This document shows positions 48,536-58,712 of a stretch of 64,000 nucleotides of DNA, in pieces. The DNA lies in contig JADHWC010000002.1 in NCBI GenBank assembly GCA_016783665.1, positions 2,371 through 66,370 on the forward strand, given 5' to 3'. The notes under the pieces were generated by a model, which was given only the letters and a program-made list of their open reading frames with translations, was not told the DNA's origin and did not search any database. This DNA is from Fidelibacterota bacterium (GTDB taxonomy: Bacteria > Fidelibacterota > UBA2242). The position numbers and the translations under genes were made by a program. Every line of letters starts with the position of its first letter. Position 1 is the first letter of the stretch.

Positions 48536-48741
48536 ATTCAATAAGCGGCGAAATTTAATAATTCCGATTATTGGAAACAATAAATAATTCTGACTCAATC
48601 TTCCGGCTTCTCCCGCCGCGGGGGGATACGCCGGACAAGTAACTTCAGCCTTAACCTTCCTGATGATTTTCCGGTTGCAATTTCCCGCCACTTTGACCAA
48701 ATTCACTCCCAATGTTGAAAGCAAGTAGATAAGGAGAATCC

Positions 48742-50361
48742 ATGAAATCTGTTTTGAAACTGAATAAAGTTACCGTCGTTTTGCTAATGGTATGCCTGGG
48801 CGCATTTCTGTTTGCCGGGGAAACCGATAAACCCGACTGGGAAGGTGGCGTGCCTGAAGGATGTACAACAATTACCGTGGGTTGTAAAGCAACTGTCGAC
48901 GGATCAGTGATCACTTCCCACACCTGTGACAGCCATCGGACACGATCGTGGTTGGACATTACACCTGCGAAAAAACATAAAAAGGGGTCGAAGGCAACTA
49001 TAGTGAAACGAGCGCCCTATGATTCTCTGGCAATGCCGACCTATAAACATGATGTTGTTGGTAAAATACCCCAGGAGGAACGTACCTACGGATTCATTAA
49101 CACCGCTTACCCCTGCATGAATGAAAAACAGCTGGCGGTTGGTGAATCCACATTCGGCGGTCGGAAGTCCCTGCACGAACCCGACAAGAATCTGATCGAT
49201 TGCCAACAATTAGTGCGTCTGATGTTGGAAAGATGCAGCACAGCCCGGGAAGCAATTCAGATGTCGGGTGATCTGTTGAAGAAATATGGCTGGAGCGATG
49301 AGGGTGAATGCCTGACCATTGCCGACACTAAAGAGGTCTGGCATTTTGAAGTAGTTGGTCAGGGCAAGGGAAATAAAGGCGCTATATGGGTTGCTCAGCG
49401 GGTTCCCGATGATCATATTGCCGTCAATGCCAATGGCAGCCGTATCAGGGAAATCGATCTGAATAATCCCGACTATTTCATGGCTTCAGATAATATATTT
49501 CAAGTGGCGCAAGACAGCGGCTGGTGGAATCCCAAGAACGGTCATTTTGAATTTTGCTATGCCTATGCTCCGGAAAGCCGGGTTTCTTATGCTGCGCGTC
49601 GCCGGGAATGGCGTGTGTTTGACCTGGTAGCGCCGTCACTGGAATTACACCCGGATTCTGAAAATTATCCCTTTTCAGTAAAACCCGATACGTTGATAAC
49701 CATGGAAAAAATGGTGGAACTTTTCCAGGACTGGTACCAGGGCACCGACTTTGATATCGTCAAAAATATTACCTGGAAAAATCCCAAAACCGGTGAGATA
49801 GAGATTTCACCATTGGCGAATCCCTGGATGCCTTATGATATGCTGCCGTTGTTCAAGATCAATGGCGGCTGGGGCTGGCGCGGCGAACGGCAGATCGCCC
49901 GCTGGTACACTATGTACGCTACAATTACTCAATCCCGCGACTGGCTGCCCGATGAAGTCGGCGGTGTCGTCTGGCTGGCATTTGATAATGTGGCTTCGTC
50001 GATTTATGTGCCGTTGTATTGCAGTATTAACGATGTGGCTAAACCCTATAAAACTCCCGGCAGACCGAACGGCTTTAACCGGGAATCCGCCTGGTGGGCA
50101 TTCAACCGTGTGGGAACTCTGTCAGCGCAGCGCTGGGGTGACATGCACAAAGATGTCTGGAAAGTCTGGAAACCGATGCAGAAGGAACTCTTTGCCGAAC
50201 AGGAAAAAGTGGAAACCGAAGCCCTGAAATTGCTAAAGAAGAATCCGGAAAAAGCCCGGCAATATCTAACCGATTACGGAATTGAATGGGGCAATAAGGT
50301 CGTAGCACGCGCCTGGAAATTAGGCGATGAGCTCTGGACGAAGTACGACGAGAAATGGTGA
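48742..50361 (+). CDS. C69-family dipeptidase, secreted.
   Basis: Signal peptide, then GCTTITVG (Ntn-type nucleophile Cys). Characteristic C69 length of 539 aa. Confidence 0.8.
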   Translation: MKSVLKLNKVTVVLLMVCLGAFLFAGETDKPDWEGGVPEGCTTITVGCKATVDGSVITSHTCDSHRTRSWLDITPAKKHKKGSKATIVKRAPYDSLAMPTYKHDVVGKIPQEERTYGFINTAYPCMNEKQLAVGESTFGGRKSLHEPDKNLIDCQQLVRLMLERCSTAREAIQMSGDLLKKYGWSDEGECLTIADTKEVWHFEVVGQGKGNKGAIWVAQRVPDDHIAVNANGSRIREIDLNNPDYFMASDNIFQVAQDSGWWNPKNGHFEFCYAYAPESRVSYAARRREWRVFDLVAPSLELHPDSENYPFSVKPDTLITMEKMVELFQDWYQGTDFDIVKNITWKNPKTGEIEISPLANPWMPYDMLPLFKINGGWGWRGERQIARWYTMYATITQSRDWLPDEVGGVVWLAFDNVASSIYVPLYCSINDVAKPYKTPGRPNGFNRESAWWAFNRVGTLSAQRWGDMHKDVWKVWKPMQKELFAEQEKVETEALKLLKKNPEKARQYLTDYGIEWGNKVVARAWKLGDELWTKYDEKW

Positions 50362-50477
50362 TCCAGTAGCACAAGTTCTCAACTTATGCAAATTATAATC
50401 AAACAAGAATGTTTGATTTACATTTATTCGCCTCAACGCAGAACAATATGGTGAGAGTGTGAGATTTTATTATTCTT

Positions 50478-51467
50478 TTATACCGGTTCGGGCACATTCC
50501 AGAGAAATTTATCGGTCTCAAGGAAATGCTGAACCTGCTGAACTGACTGTTCGGCTTTACGCTCGACGGATTCTGTGGTATTAAACGCATTATGGGGAGT
50601 CATTATTACGTTTGAATACCGGGACAGTGTCTGAATAATTTTTAATTCTTCATTCTTAATTTTGGAATTCATTCGGAGTGCAGCGCCCAGTTCATCTTCA
50701 AAAGGATAAACGTCCATGGCAATACCGCCCAGTGTTCCATCATCCAGAAGTCGCTTGAGATCGGAAGGAGGTGACTGTTCGCCCCTGGCAACATTGATAA
50801 ACAGGACGCCGGGTTTTCCCTTTTTCATCCGGTCATAATGAAAATAGCCGGTGTTTTCCGGCGTCAGGTTCATGGCGGAAACAATTATATTCGCATCCGG
50901 GAGCGCTTCATCGAAATCCACATAATCAACGTCGCTGTATTTACGAACAATATCGATTCCCCTGACGATCATGTCCAGTCCTCTGCCTATCTGCACAACC
51001 TCATAACCGATATTTCCAACCCCAACAACCAATAAGCTTTTTCCCCGGCTTTCCCGTCCGGTGAGACCGTCACGGTGGAAAGTTTTAAATTGTGCGGTTT
51101 GCTGTGGCAGTTTACGCCAGAGCGCCATCCACAAGAGTATTGCCTGTTCGGCGACAGCCCGGGCGCAATAAAGGGGCAGGTATCCGAACTGAACTGAAAG
51201 AGGTGATAGATGTTTTAGTGACTGGAAATAGTCAAAACCGGTGCTGCGGGTCAGTAATCCTGAAACCCGCGTAAGCCAGTTGTCCGGAATGATGGACTGA
51301 GTACGGGTGCTGATAATTTTCGCTGGTGGAATATTGTCACCGCTTTCCCGGATTGTTTTATCGGTATAGCCAGCCCTGATTGAAGAGGAAAGATAGGCGC
51401 TAATCAGTTCCCATTCTTCTTCAAATGCTTCATAGAAATAGAAATCGTATGGTAGTTTTTTTGGCAT
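50478..51467 (-). CDS. D-isomer-specific 2-hydroxyacid dehydrogenase (NAD-binding).
   Basis: VVGVGNIGYEV Rossmann motif and the catalytic R/E/H region (ARGEQ...TPHNAF). Confidence 0.8.
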   Translation of the reverse strand: MPKKLPYDFYFYEAFEEEWELISAYLSSSIRAGYTDKTIRESGDNIPPAKIISTRTQSIIPDNWLTRVSGLLTRSTGFDYFQSLKHLSPLSVQFGYLPLYCARAVAEQAILLWMALWRKLPQQTAQFKTFHRDGLTGRESRGKSLLVVGVGNIGYEVVQIGRGLDMIVRGIDIVRKYSDVDYVDFDEALPDANIIVSAMNLTPENTGYFHYDRMKKGKPGVLFINVARGEQSPPSDLKRLLDDGTLGGIAMDVYPFEDELGAALRMNSKIKNEELKIIQTLSRYSNVIMTPHNAFNTTESVERKAEQSVQQVQHFLETDKFLWNVPEPV

Positions 51468-51502
51468 TATTTAAAAGTATTTTTCAGTGTCTAAATCAAC
51501 GA

Positions 51503-52705
51503 CTATGACAATAAGTTTTCCAAGCCATTCCGGAAGCGATCCAAACCTTCACGCAGGTTGTCCACGCTGTTCGCATAGGAAAAGCGAACATAATTTTCCA
51601 TACCAAAGGCTGAACCCGGCACAATAGCGATATGAAAGTTTTCCAAGAGATAGTGACATAATTCCACCGTATTGGCGACGCCTTTTTTATTATTTTGTAT
51701 ATAGTATGAAACGTTTGGCATGGTATAAAAAGCGCCTTTGGGCATAGGGCATTTGATATTTTTAATCCGGTTCAATTTAGCGACGAGAAAATTCCGGCGT
51801 TTTTCAAATTCTTTTCTCATCTGTTCAATACTGCCGTCTTCTTCATTAAGCGCCACAACGGCTGCTTTCTGGGTGATAGATGTAACACAGGACGTCGTAT
51901 GTCCCTGGATTCGAGCGGCGCATTTTATAATCTCACTGGGTCCTGTCGCATATCCAAGCCGCCAACCGGTCATGGCATAGGCTTTGGAAACGCCATTAAT
52001 CACGATGGTATGTTCGCGGACATCATCGGATACCTGGGCAATGGAATAATGGCTTTCACCATCATAGATCAATTTTTCATAGATTTCATCGGAAATGATA
52101 AGAATATCGTGTTTCAGACATACTCCGGCGATATCTTTCAGTTCTTCTTTTGTATAAACAGCGCCGGTTGGGTTGTTGGGAGAATTAATGATCAGGGCTT
52201 TTGGGCTTGTCAGGGAATCGATTGCTTCATCAAGTTGATCGGCTGTGATCTTAAAACCGGTGCTTTCGTCGGTTGGCAGTAAAATCGGGAATGCATCGAC
52301 CATTTCAACTTGTGATGTGTAACTCACCCAATATGGCGAGGGGATCAATACTTCATCTCTTGGGTCGCATATAGTCATCAGGATATTGATAATGGAAGCT
52401 TTGGCGCCCGGAGAAACCAGAATATCATCAGGATTGCAGGACAGCTTATTATCGCGTTTCAATTTAGCTGCGATGGCGCTCCGGAGTTCCGGAATCCCGG
52501 CTGCCGCTGTATATCGTGTAAAATTATCATCGATAGCCTGAATTGCGGCGTTTTTAATATATTCCGGTGTATTAAAATCCGGTTCACCGACGCCGAAATT
52601 AATCACGTCAATGCCTTTGGCTTTCATAGCGCAAGCCAGTGCGTTCATTGCAAGGGTTGGTGACGGCTTGATTGCTTTTGCCCTGTGCGAAATTCTGTAC
52701 GACAT
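51503..52705 (-). CDS. Aminotransferase class I/II (aspartate/aromatic aminotransferase-like).
   Basis: NPTGAVY and SKAYAMTGWRLGY (PLP-Lys) motifs. The likely start is MSYRISHRA at 52705 rather than the track's 52750. Confidence 0.85.
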   Translation of the reverse strand: MSYRISHRAKAIKPSPTLAMNALACAMKAKGIDVINFGVGEPDFNTPEYIKNAAIQAIDDNFTRYTAAAGIPELRSAIAAKLKRDNKLSCNPDDILVSPGAKASIINILMTICDPRDEVLIPSPYWVSYTSQVEMVDAFPILLPTDESTGFKITADQLDEAIDSLTSPKALIINSPNNPTGAVYTKEELKDIAGVCLKHDILIISDEIYEKLIYDGESHYSIAQVSDDVREHTIVINGVSKAYAMTGWRLGYATGPSEIIKCAARIQGHTTSCVTSITQKAAVVALNEEDGSIEQMRKEFEKRRNFLVAKLNRIKNIKCPMPKGAFYTMPNVSYYIQNNKKGVANTVELCHYLLENFHIAIVPGSAFGMENYVRFSYANSVDNLREGLDRFRNGLENLLS

Positions 52706-52775
52706 ATTAAATCTCCTGAAAAAAGTTAGGTCAATAAGATACAAATTCAATTATAAAATAGTATAGAGAAATCGA

Positions 52776-53927
52776 TTATTTTAGCATTTCTTCGCCGGTG
52801 AAACTACGATAAAGAGTAAGTTGTTTTAAAATATCGTCATATTCATTGTTCTTATCCACAATGATTTCAGTGACAATTTCGCCAAGTCCCGGACCGACCA
52901 TAAATCCCTGACCGCACATGCCGGTGATTAAAAATAAGTTGTCGATGTCCTTGGAATAACCGACAATTGGAAACCCGTCTGGAGTCATCGGATAAAGCCC
53001 CCGCCAGGTCCGGCGAACCCTGAGATTCCGCAGACGCGGATATAGCTGCGTCATGCGTTTAATCACCTGAGGTAGAAAAACCGATGTATTGTCACTGTCT
53101 GTTCCCGGAATTTTTGGATCAGGTGTGATGCAAAATACTACCTGTCCTTCGGCGTTTTGATAAAAGTAATAATTAGCAGAACCTTTTTCTGGACGAATGT
53201 CCACTACCATAGGTTCGAAAAATCGCTGGACCGGTTCAGTTATACCCGCTTCATGGGAATCGGGATAAACAGGTACATCTAATCCGAGCATATTGCCGAC
53301 ATCTCTTGAATAAGCTCCGGCGGCATCGACGATCAGTCCTGCAGAATAATGTCCTTTTGAAGTCTTTATATCAGTAATGATGTTATCTGAAACTGTAAAA
53401 CCGGTTACTTCTTCATTGAAATGAAAATCGGCGCCGTTTTGCTTTGCAAGCATATAAAAAGCATCGATAACTTTCAAAGGCGATGCGGAACCGTCTTCCG
53501 GCGAGTAAGTGCCTCCGCGGAGTTTTTCAGGGTTGATTCCGGGGACCAATTTATCTACTTCTTCCGACGCAATCCAATCGATGTTTAATTGATAGTGCTT
53601 CTGGAATTCGAGTAATGCCTTTAATTTGGCTTCAGTTTCTTCGTCATAAACAGGGAACAGGTATCCCCCGGTGATCCAATCGACGTCAAATCCGTGTTCC
53701 TCTTCAATTCTTGAAATAATATCGATCGTTCGAAGGCACATTTTAATTTTTGCCGGATCGGAATGAGTTGCCCGGATACCTCCGATAGCCACACGATTCT
53801 GACCTCTGCCGGCGGACTGCAATTTTTCCAGAATAAGGACGTTTAGTCCTTGCTGCGCCAAATAAAGACTCAGTGGAACACCTACACTACCGGCGCCGAT
53901 GATCGCAATGTCGTATGATTTTATCAC
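52776..53927 (-). CDS. FAD-dependent oxidoreductase, beta-subunit-like (sarcosine oxidase beta / HcnC / OoxB / PDH1-beta family).
   Basis: N-terminal GAGSVG dinucleotide-binding motif and the DAO-fold C-terminus. Confidence 0.8.
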   Translation of the reverse strand: MIKSYDIAIIGAGSVGVPLSLYLAQQGLNVLILEKLQSAGRGQNRVAIGGIRATHSDPAKIKMCLRTIDIISRIEEEHGFDVDWITGGYLFPVYDEETEAKLKALLEFQKHYQLNIDWIASEEVDKLVPGINPEKLRGGTYSPEDGSASPLKVIDAFYMLAKQNGADFHFNEEVTGFTVSDNIITDIKTSKGHYSAGLIVDAAGAYSRDVGNMLGLDVPVYPDSHEAGITEPVQRFFEPMVVDIRPEKGSANYYFYQNAEGQVVFCITPDPKIPGTDSDNTSVFLPQVIKRMTQLYPRLRNLRVRRTWRGLYPMTPDGFPIVGYSKDIDNLFLITGMCGQGFMVGPGLGEIVTEIIVDKNNEYDDILKQLTLYRSFTGEEMLK

Positions 53928-55997
53928 CTAATCAATATCCTCTTCGTTTATTAATGCATACATGGGAATCTCAACACTTAACGGTCGCTTTGTGCCCTGT
54001 GTTACTTCTTTCCAATCAATGCCTGTCATAGCAAAAATCCTTGGCAATAATACCGCACAATTTTTACCACCGCAGGCGCCCATTCCGACACGAATCTGTT
54101 TTAATTGATTTACATCGCGAATATTGTGTTCTTTAATATAAGCAATTAATTCTTTTGCTGTTACCATTTCGCAATGACAGACGATGCCGTTTTCCGGAAT
54201 ATATTCAAATGAAGTATTTTGGATTGGTAAGACGGCGCTGTCATTCTGAACCTGGATTCCGGTTATTTTTGCGCCATTCTTCAGGGATGTCTTAATATGG
54301 ACCAGATAGGTTTTGTATTTCTTGTTATACCGAATTTTCAACACTTCGGCATCTTCGAGATACTCGCCTTCCTGTCCGGTAACCGGTATTTGATCACCAA
54401 GCTTGAATTCAGGAATAAATTCGTGGGGCAGGATAACTTCCGCCGTCGTCTCATCTGTTTTTTTAGCAAGTGTGATTGCCAGACCCGGGCAGATCAGGAT
54501 GCAAAGCCCGCAACCGGTACAACCATCCAAATATCGGGGAATATCCATAATATTGCCCAGTTGTTCATCAAGTTTTATAGCGTTGACGGGACAGATTGAC
54601 GTACAGGGATCGCAGGGTATTTCTTCGTCACAGCGGATAACCGGCTGAAAGGATTCCGAAAGATTTACATCAACAGGAGCATAAATTTTACCCGGCTTGC
54701 TTTTTAAAATATCGACTTTTTCACCCCAACCGGGATCAATATGAATATCTTTTCCCAGCATCTGTGCCATCTGCAATCCGGCGATCCGTCCTCCAAACAT
54801 AGCAGATGAGGCTTCGGCAATTTCCAGGGCATCCCCGGCTTTTATAACTTTAAATCCGAATTCCTTTGCCATATCATAGAATTCGTCAACCGGCGTTAAT
54901 CCGACTGCAATCAGCAGCGTATCGACTTCGAAGGTTTTTGCCGTGTCCAGAATCGGCTGGAATTTCTTATCGACCTGCGCGATGGTGACCTTTTTCACCT
55001 GTCCGTCACCTTCTGCCGATAGAACGGTATGTTTCAGGTAGATCGGGACTCCCATGCGTTTTATTTTATCGGCATGGACTTTATAACCGGATACTTTATC
55101 AAGAATGTCACAAATTCCGACTGCCTGAATTCCGGCTTGTAAAGCGTGAAAAGCGGCGATCAACCCGACATTACCGCTTCCAACAACGAAGACTCTATCG
55201 GAGGAATGGATCAAATCCCGGTTTACCAGTGTTTGAAAAGCTCCGGCGCCATAGACTCCCGGCAGGTTGTTTTCGGGAAATATCAGGGTTTTTTCCCGCG
55301 CTCCCGGGGAGACGATCAAGCCTTTAAAATCGATAATGACATAATTTTGATTATTAATAAAAACACCGGCTTTCTGATCCTTAAAAATTCCGACTACGGA
55401 AGAATTTGTATATATTGTAATGTTTGGATATTGCTGCAATTCATTTTCAAGTATTGTGGCAATGTCGATTCCCCGGGTTCCGGCGTAACAATCTTCAATC
55501 GAGCCAAAAAATTTATGAGTCTGGAGTAAAAGTTTACCACCCAGCTTATTCTTGTCATCGATGAGAATTACGGAAAATCCGAGTTTTGCCAGCTCAATAG
55601 CAGCGGGTAAACCGGAAGGACCGCCACCAATGACCAATACATCACACTCTTTTATTATTTTACGGTGTTTTGTGAGAGGGTGGTCATCGCCGGGTAACTC
55701 TGGCAGATGGACCAGGGGGAAAATTTCCATTCCCTCATGCAGTGGTGTTACGCAGGATTTAAATGGAAAACCGTCAATGATGACAGTACAATGGGAGCAT
55801 TGCCCGTTGGCACAAAACAATCCCTGGGGCGTGTCACCTTTTTTATGAATATTGAAAATCTGGATGCCGTTTGCGATCAGTGCGGAAGATACTACTTCAC
55901 CCTCAAACCCGTAAAATTCTTTACCTTTGAAAAAAAATCGGACTTTTTTTCTATTTTCGGGAATTTCCAGGATTGGGTGCTGAAGAATTCGATGCAT
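53928..55997 (-). CDS. Fused 2Fe-2S ferredoxin plus FAD/NAD oxidoreductase plus 4Fe-4S alpha subunit (HcnA+HcnB / OoxA / PDH1-alpha-like).
   Basis: N-terminal CANGQCSHC (BFD/2Fe-2S-like). GGGPSGL and GSGNVG dinucleotide motifs. A C-terminal CxxCxxC...CP cluster (CTGCGLCILICP). The stop is adjacent to the beta-subunit start. Confidence 0.8.
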   Translation of the reverse strand: MHRILQHPILEIPENRKKVRFFFKGKEFYGFEGEVVSSALIANGIQIFNIHKKGDTPQGLFCANGQCSHCTVIIDGFPFKSCVTPLHEGMEIFPLVHLPELPGDDHPLTKHRKIIKECDVLVIGGGPSGLPAAIELAKLGFSVILIDDKNKLGGKLLLQTHKFFGSIEDCYAGTRGIDIATILENELQQYPNITIYTNSSVVGIFKDQKAGVFINNQNYVIIDFKGLIVSPGAREKTLIFPENNLPGVYGAGAFQTLVNRDLIHSSDRVFVVGSGNVGLIAAFHALQAGIQAVGICDILDKVSGYKVHADKIKRMGVPIYLKHTVLSAEGDGQVKKVTIAQVDKKFQPILDTAKTFEVDTLLIAVGLTPVDEFYDMAKEFGFKVIKAGDALEIAEASSAMFGGRIAGLQMAQMLGKDIHIDPGWGEKVDILKSKPGKIYAPVDVNLSESFQPVIRCDEEIPCDPCTSICPVNAIKLDEQLGNIMDIPRYLDGCTGCGLCILICPGLAITLAKKTDETTAEVILPHEFIPEFKLGDQIPVTGQEGEYLEDAEVLKIRYNKKYKTYLVHIKTSLKNGAKITGIQVQNDSAVLPIQNTSFEYIPENGIVCHCEMVTAKELIAYIKEHNIRDVNQLKQIRVGMGACGGKNCAVLLPRIFAMTGIDWKEVTQGTKRPLSVEIPMYALINEEDID

Positions 55998-56151
55998 GTC
56001 TTTCTCTCGATGATTTCAATAATAGGATTCAATAAACCGGCATTTGAAGTGACAAAAGCTATGCCAGACAGGTGAATGTTCAAAGCATGTTTTTAAGAAA
56101 GCAAACCACGGATTTCACAAATTACACGAAATAATTCATCTCGCCGAAGCG

Positions 56152-56343
56152 TTGCCTGTCTCGATTTCATTATCTCTCGTTCCGGGGGCTCTTGCTCCGG
56201 AACGTTATCATTCAGCAGATCGGTTGCAGAGTGCAACCCTGCAACCAGGAATAATGGCAGGCAACTACCGTCTATCGTGGAATGCTGCTGAATTTCCCTC
56301 TGGTATGTACTTTTACCAATTTCAGACTGATGGGTTTTCTTAG
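56152..56343 (+). pseudogene. Orphan fragment resembling a T9SS C-terminal sorting domain.
   Basis: ...NYRLSWNAAEFPSGMYFYQFQTDGFS* resembles the distal part of Por C-terminal domains (compare SGIYFLQIVTD at 9480). There is no upstream secreted domain or signal peptide. Confidence 0.3.
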
Positions 56344-56492
56344 ACCCGCAGAATGATATTGGTGAAATAACCCATAGAAGCCATAAGAACCTTCGGAAGG
56401 TTAGGTAGATTCAATAAATACGCATTTCATTTTATTGAAAAAATAGTAAATTAATCCCATTATGGGTACAAGATATAGCTGTAAATATTACC

Positions 56493-57965
56493 ATGGAGAT
56501 TTTTATTATGAAACAGATGACCATATTCATTGAAATGATTCTGTCCCTGGGAATTATAGCCGGTCTTTTTCAATGTTCCGGTAAACCATCATATAATGAA
56601 TTAATAAAAAGTGGTGAGTTCAAAGAAGCGCGTCGGTTAATTATGGAAGATTTAAGTATGAATCAATATGTGTCGGAAAATTTACGGGCTGACTTAAATT
56701 TTAATCTTATCCGCATGGACCGGATTGAAATGGATTTTACGCTTACCGAAGAAAAAGTAATTGAATACATCAAGCAATATGTTCCTGATGTAACTCAGGA
56801 AGATTTAAGAAGATGGGAAGAAGAAAAGTCTCTGGAATATCAAATCATCGATGGACAAAAACGGTATTTTAAATATGCGCAATATAATCTCTTTCGTCTG
56901 AATAAAGAGTTAAAAATCATCAAGAAAAATGTAGATGCGCAAAAAGAAAATGATTCGAAAAGGAAAAAATTTCCGCTGGATGATCATATCAAAGATATCA
57001 TAACAGCGGCAGTGAAAAGTGGTGAAAAATATGTTCAGCCGGTTAAATTGCGGATTAAACAAAGCTTGATTGTTGATAAAAATGTCGTTCCCGAAGCTGA
57101 GACTCTTTGCTGTTGGATTCCTTTTCCAAGGGATATTGAGAACCGGCAAACCGATATCCAAATACTAAGAACCGAGCCTGACGTGTATCAGCTTGCCGAC
57201 AACCGGAATCTGCAACGGACAATCTATTTTGAGAAACCGGCAAAGAGTGATGAACCAACTGAATTTTTCGTGGAATATACGTATCTATCCCATGGAGTTT
57301 TTGTGCCAATTGATCCAGATAAGGTATTGCCAACGCCTCAGAATGAAAATTTGAAACCTTACCTTTGTGAACGAGGGTACCATATTGAATTCACACCCCG
57401 ATTGAAGGAACTTTCCAAATCCCTCATCGGCGATGAAAAAAATCCCTATCGTATTGCCCAAAAATTATTTGTGTGGGTAGATACGAATATTACCTGGGCT
57501 TCTGCCCGTGAGTACTCCACCTTTTTTAGTATTCCTCATTATGTTATTAAAAACCGACATGGTGATTGCGGGATGCAAACATTGACGTTAATGACGCTTT
57601 GCCGTTTGAATGGAATTCCAACAAAATGGCAGTCAGGATGGGAATTTCAGCCACCCGATGACAGTATGCATGACTGGGGCGAAATCTATTTTGAACCTTA
57701 TGGCTGGGTTCCAATGGATGTGACTTATGGTTTGCGAAAAACGACGGATGAAGAACTAAAATGGTTTTATTTATCAGGAATGGACAGCTATCGTCTGATA
57801 TTCAATGATGATTATTGTATGAAATTTGAACCTGAAAAGAAACATATCCGGTCCGAAACTATCGATTCCCAGCGCGGCGAAGTAGAGTGGAAAGAAGCAA
57901 ATCTCTATTTCGATAAATGGGATTGGAACCTTGAATGGGAGGTAATTCAACCTTCGGAAGGTTAA
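56493..57965 (+). CDS. Transglutaminase-like cysteine-protease-fold protein, secreted.
   Basis: Signal and hydrophobic N-terminus. Transglutaminase core (RHGDCGMQTLTLMTLCRLNGIP ... H ... D). Confidence 0.7.
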   Translation: MEIFIMKQMTIFIEMILSLGIIAGLFQCSGKPSYNELIKSGEFKEARRLIMEDLSMNQYVSENLRADLNFNLIRMDRIEMDFTLTEEKVIEYIKQYVPDVTQEDLRRWEEEKSLEYQIIDGQKRYFKYAQYNLFRLNKELKIIKKNVDAQKENDSKRKKFPLDDHIKDIITAAVKSGEKYVQPVKLRIKQSLIVDKNVVPEAETLCCWIPFPRDIENRQTDIQILRTEPDVYQLADNRNLQRTIYFEKPAKSDEPTEFFVEYTYLSHGVFVPIDPDKVLPTPQNENLKPYLCERGYHIEFTPRLKELSKSLIGDEKNPYRIAQKLFVWVDTNITWASAREYSTFFSIPHYVIKNRHGDCGMQTLTLMTLCRLNGIPTKWQSGWEFQPPDDSMHDWGEIYFEPYGWVPMDVTYGLRKTTDEELKWFYLSGMDSYRLIFNDDYCMKFEPEKKHIRSETIDSQRGEVEWKEANLYFDKWDWNLEWEVIQPSEG

Positions 57966-58055
57966 ACCAAGTCTCCGCGAGATAAGAAACTAAAAACTCT
58001 TGATTATAAGAAAAATATAAGTTATACTTTATTAAGTACTAAAAAAGGTGTAAAA

Positions 58056-58340
58056 ATGAATACTATTCCAGCACAAGAGATCAAACGAAAAGGAATTAGC
58101 GCCGTTGATGAAGAACTAAAAAAGGGGCCAGTTCATATCATTAAAAATAACCGACCACAATATGTTATCTTAGATGAATCAACTTACGATGAGTTAATCA
58201 AAGAACAGGAAAATTCGTATCTCCTTCGAATACAATCAGCTTTGGAGGATATTAAGAATAAAAAAGTTAAGCGATTTGGCTCAGTTTCAGATTTTATGAA
58301 CACCATTGAAAACTATCCAGAAAACCAATGTTCACTTTAG
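58056..58340 (+). CDS. Type II antitoxin, Phd/YefM family.
   Basis: 94 aa. PVHIIKNNRPQYVILDESTYDELI...SYLL matches the YefM pattern. Overlaps the downstream toxin by 13 nt. Confidence 0.7.
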   Translation: MNTIPAQEIKRKGISAVDEELKKGPVHIIKNNRPQYVILDESTYDELIKEQENSYLLRIQSALEDIKNKKVKRFGSVSDFMNTIENYPENQCSL

Positions 58341-58603
58341 TTGTACCGGATCAATTTTTAAAGACAGCTAATAAATTTTTCAAACATCATCCTGATCTGA
58401 GGTCTCAATTTAAAAAAATTATAGAGATATTAATTAAGGATCCAATACATCCTTCTCTACAATTACATTCGCTTAAAGGAAAGTTCAAAGGTTTATCTGC
58501 CATTCGACTTACATATAAATATAGAATAACACTAATCATGCAAATAGAGAAAAAAGAAATTACCCTAATTGATATTGGCTCTCACAACAATATTTATCGT
58601 TAA
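58328..58603 (+). CDS. Type II toxin, RelE/ParE superfamily.
   Basis: 91 aa, basic. LKGKFKGLSAIRLTYKYRITLIMQIEKKEITLIDIGSHNNIY matches the RelE/ParE C-terminal core. Confidence 0.7.
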   Translation: MFTLVVPDQFLKTANKFFKHHPDLRSQFKKIIEILIKDPIHPSLQLHSLKGKFKGLSAIRLTYKYRITLIMQIEKKEITLIDIGSHNNIYR

Positions 58604-58712
58604 TTGACTTTTGTTTAGTGTGGTTGTCAAATTCCAATTTTGATAAATAGGATTGGAATCTTGAATGGGAAGTGCTTGAATAGGTCTTCATGATTTATCG
58701 GATAACATATCT

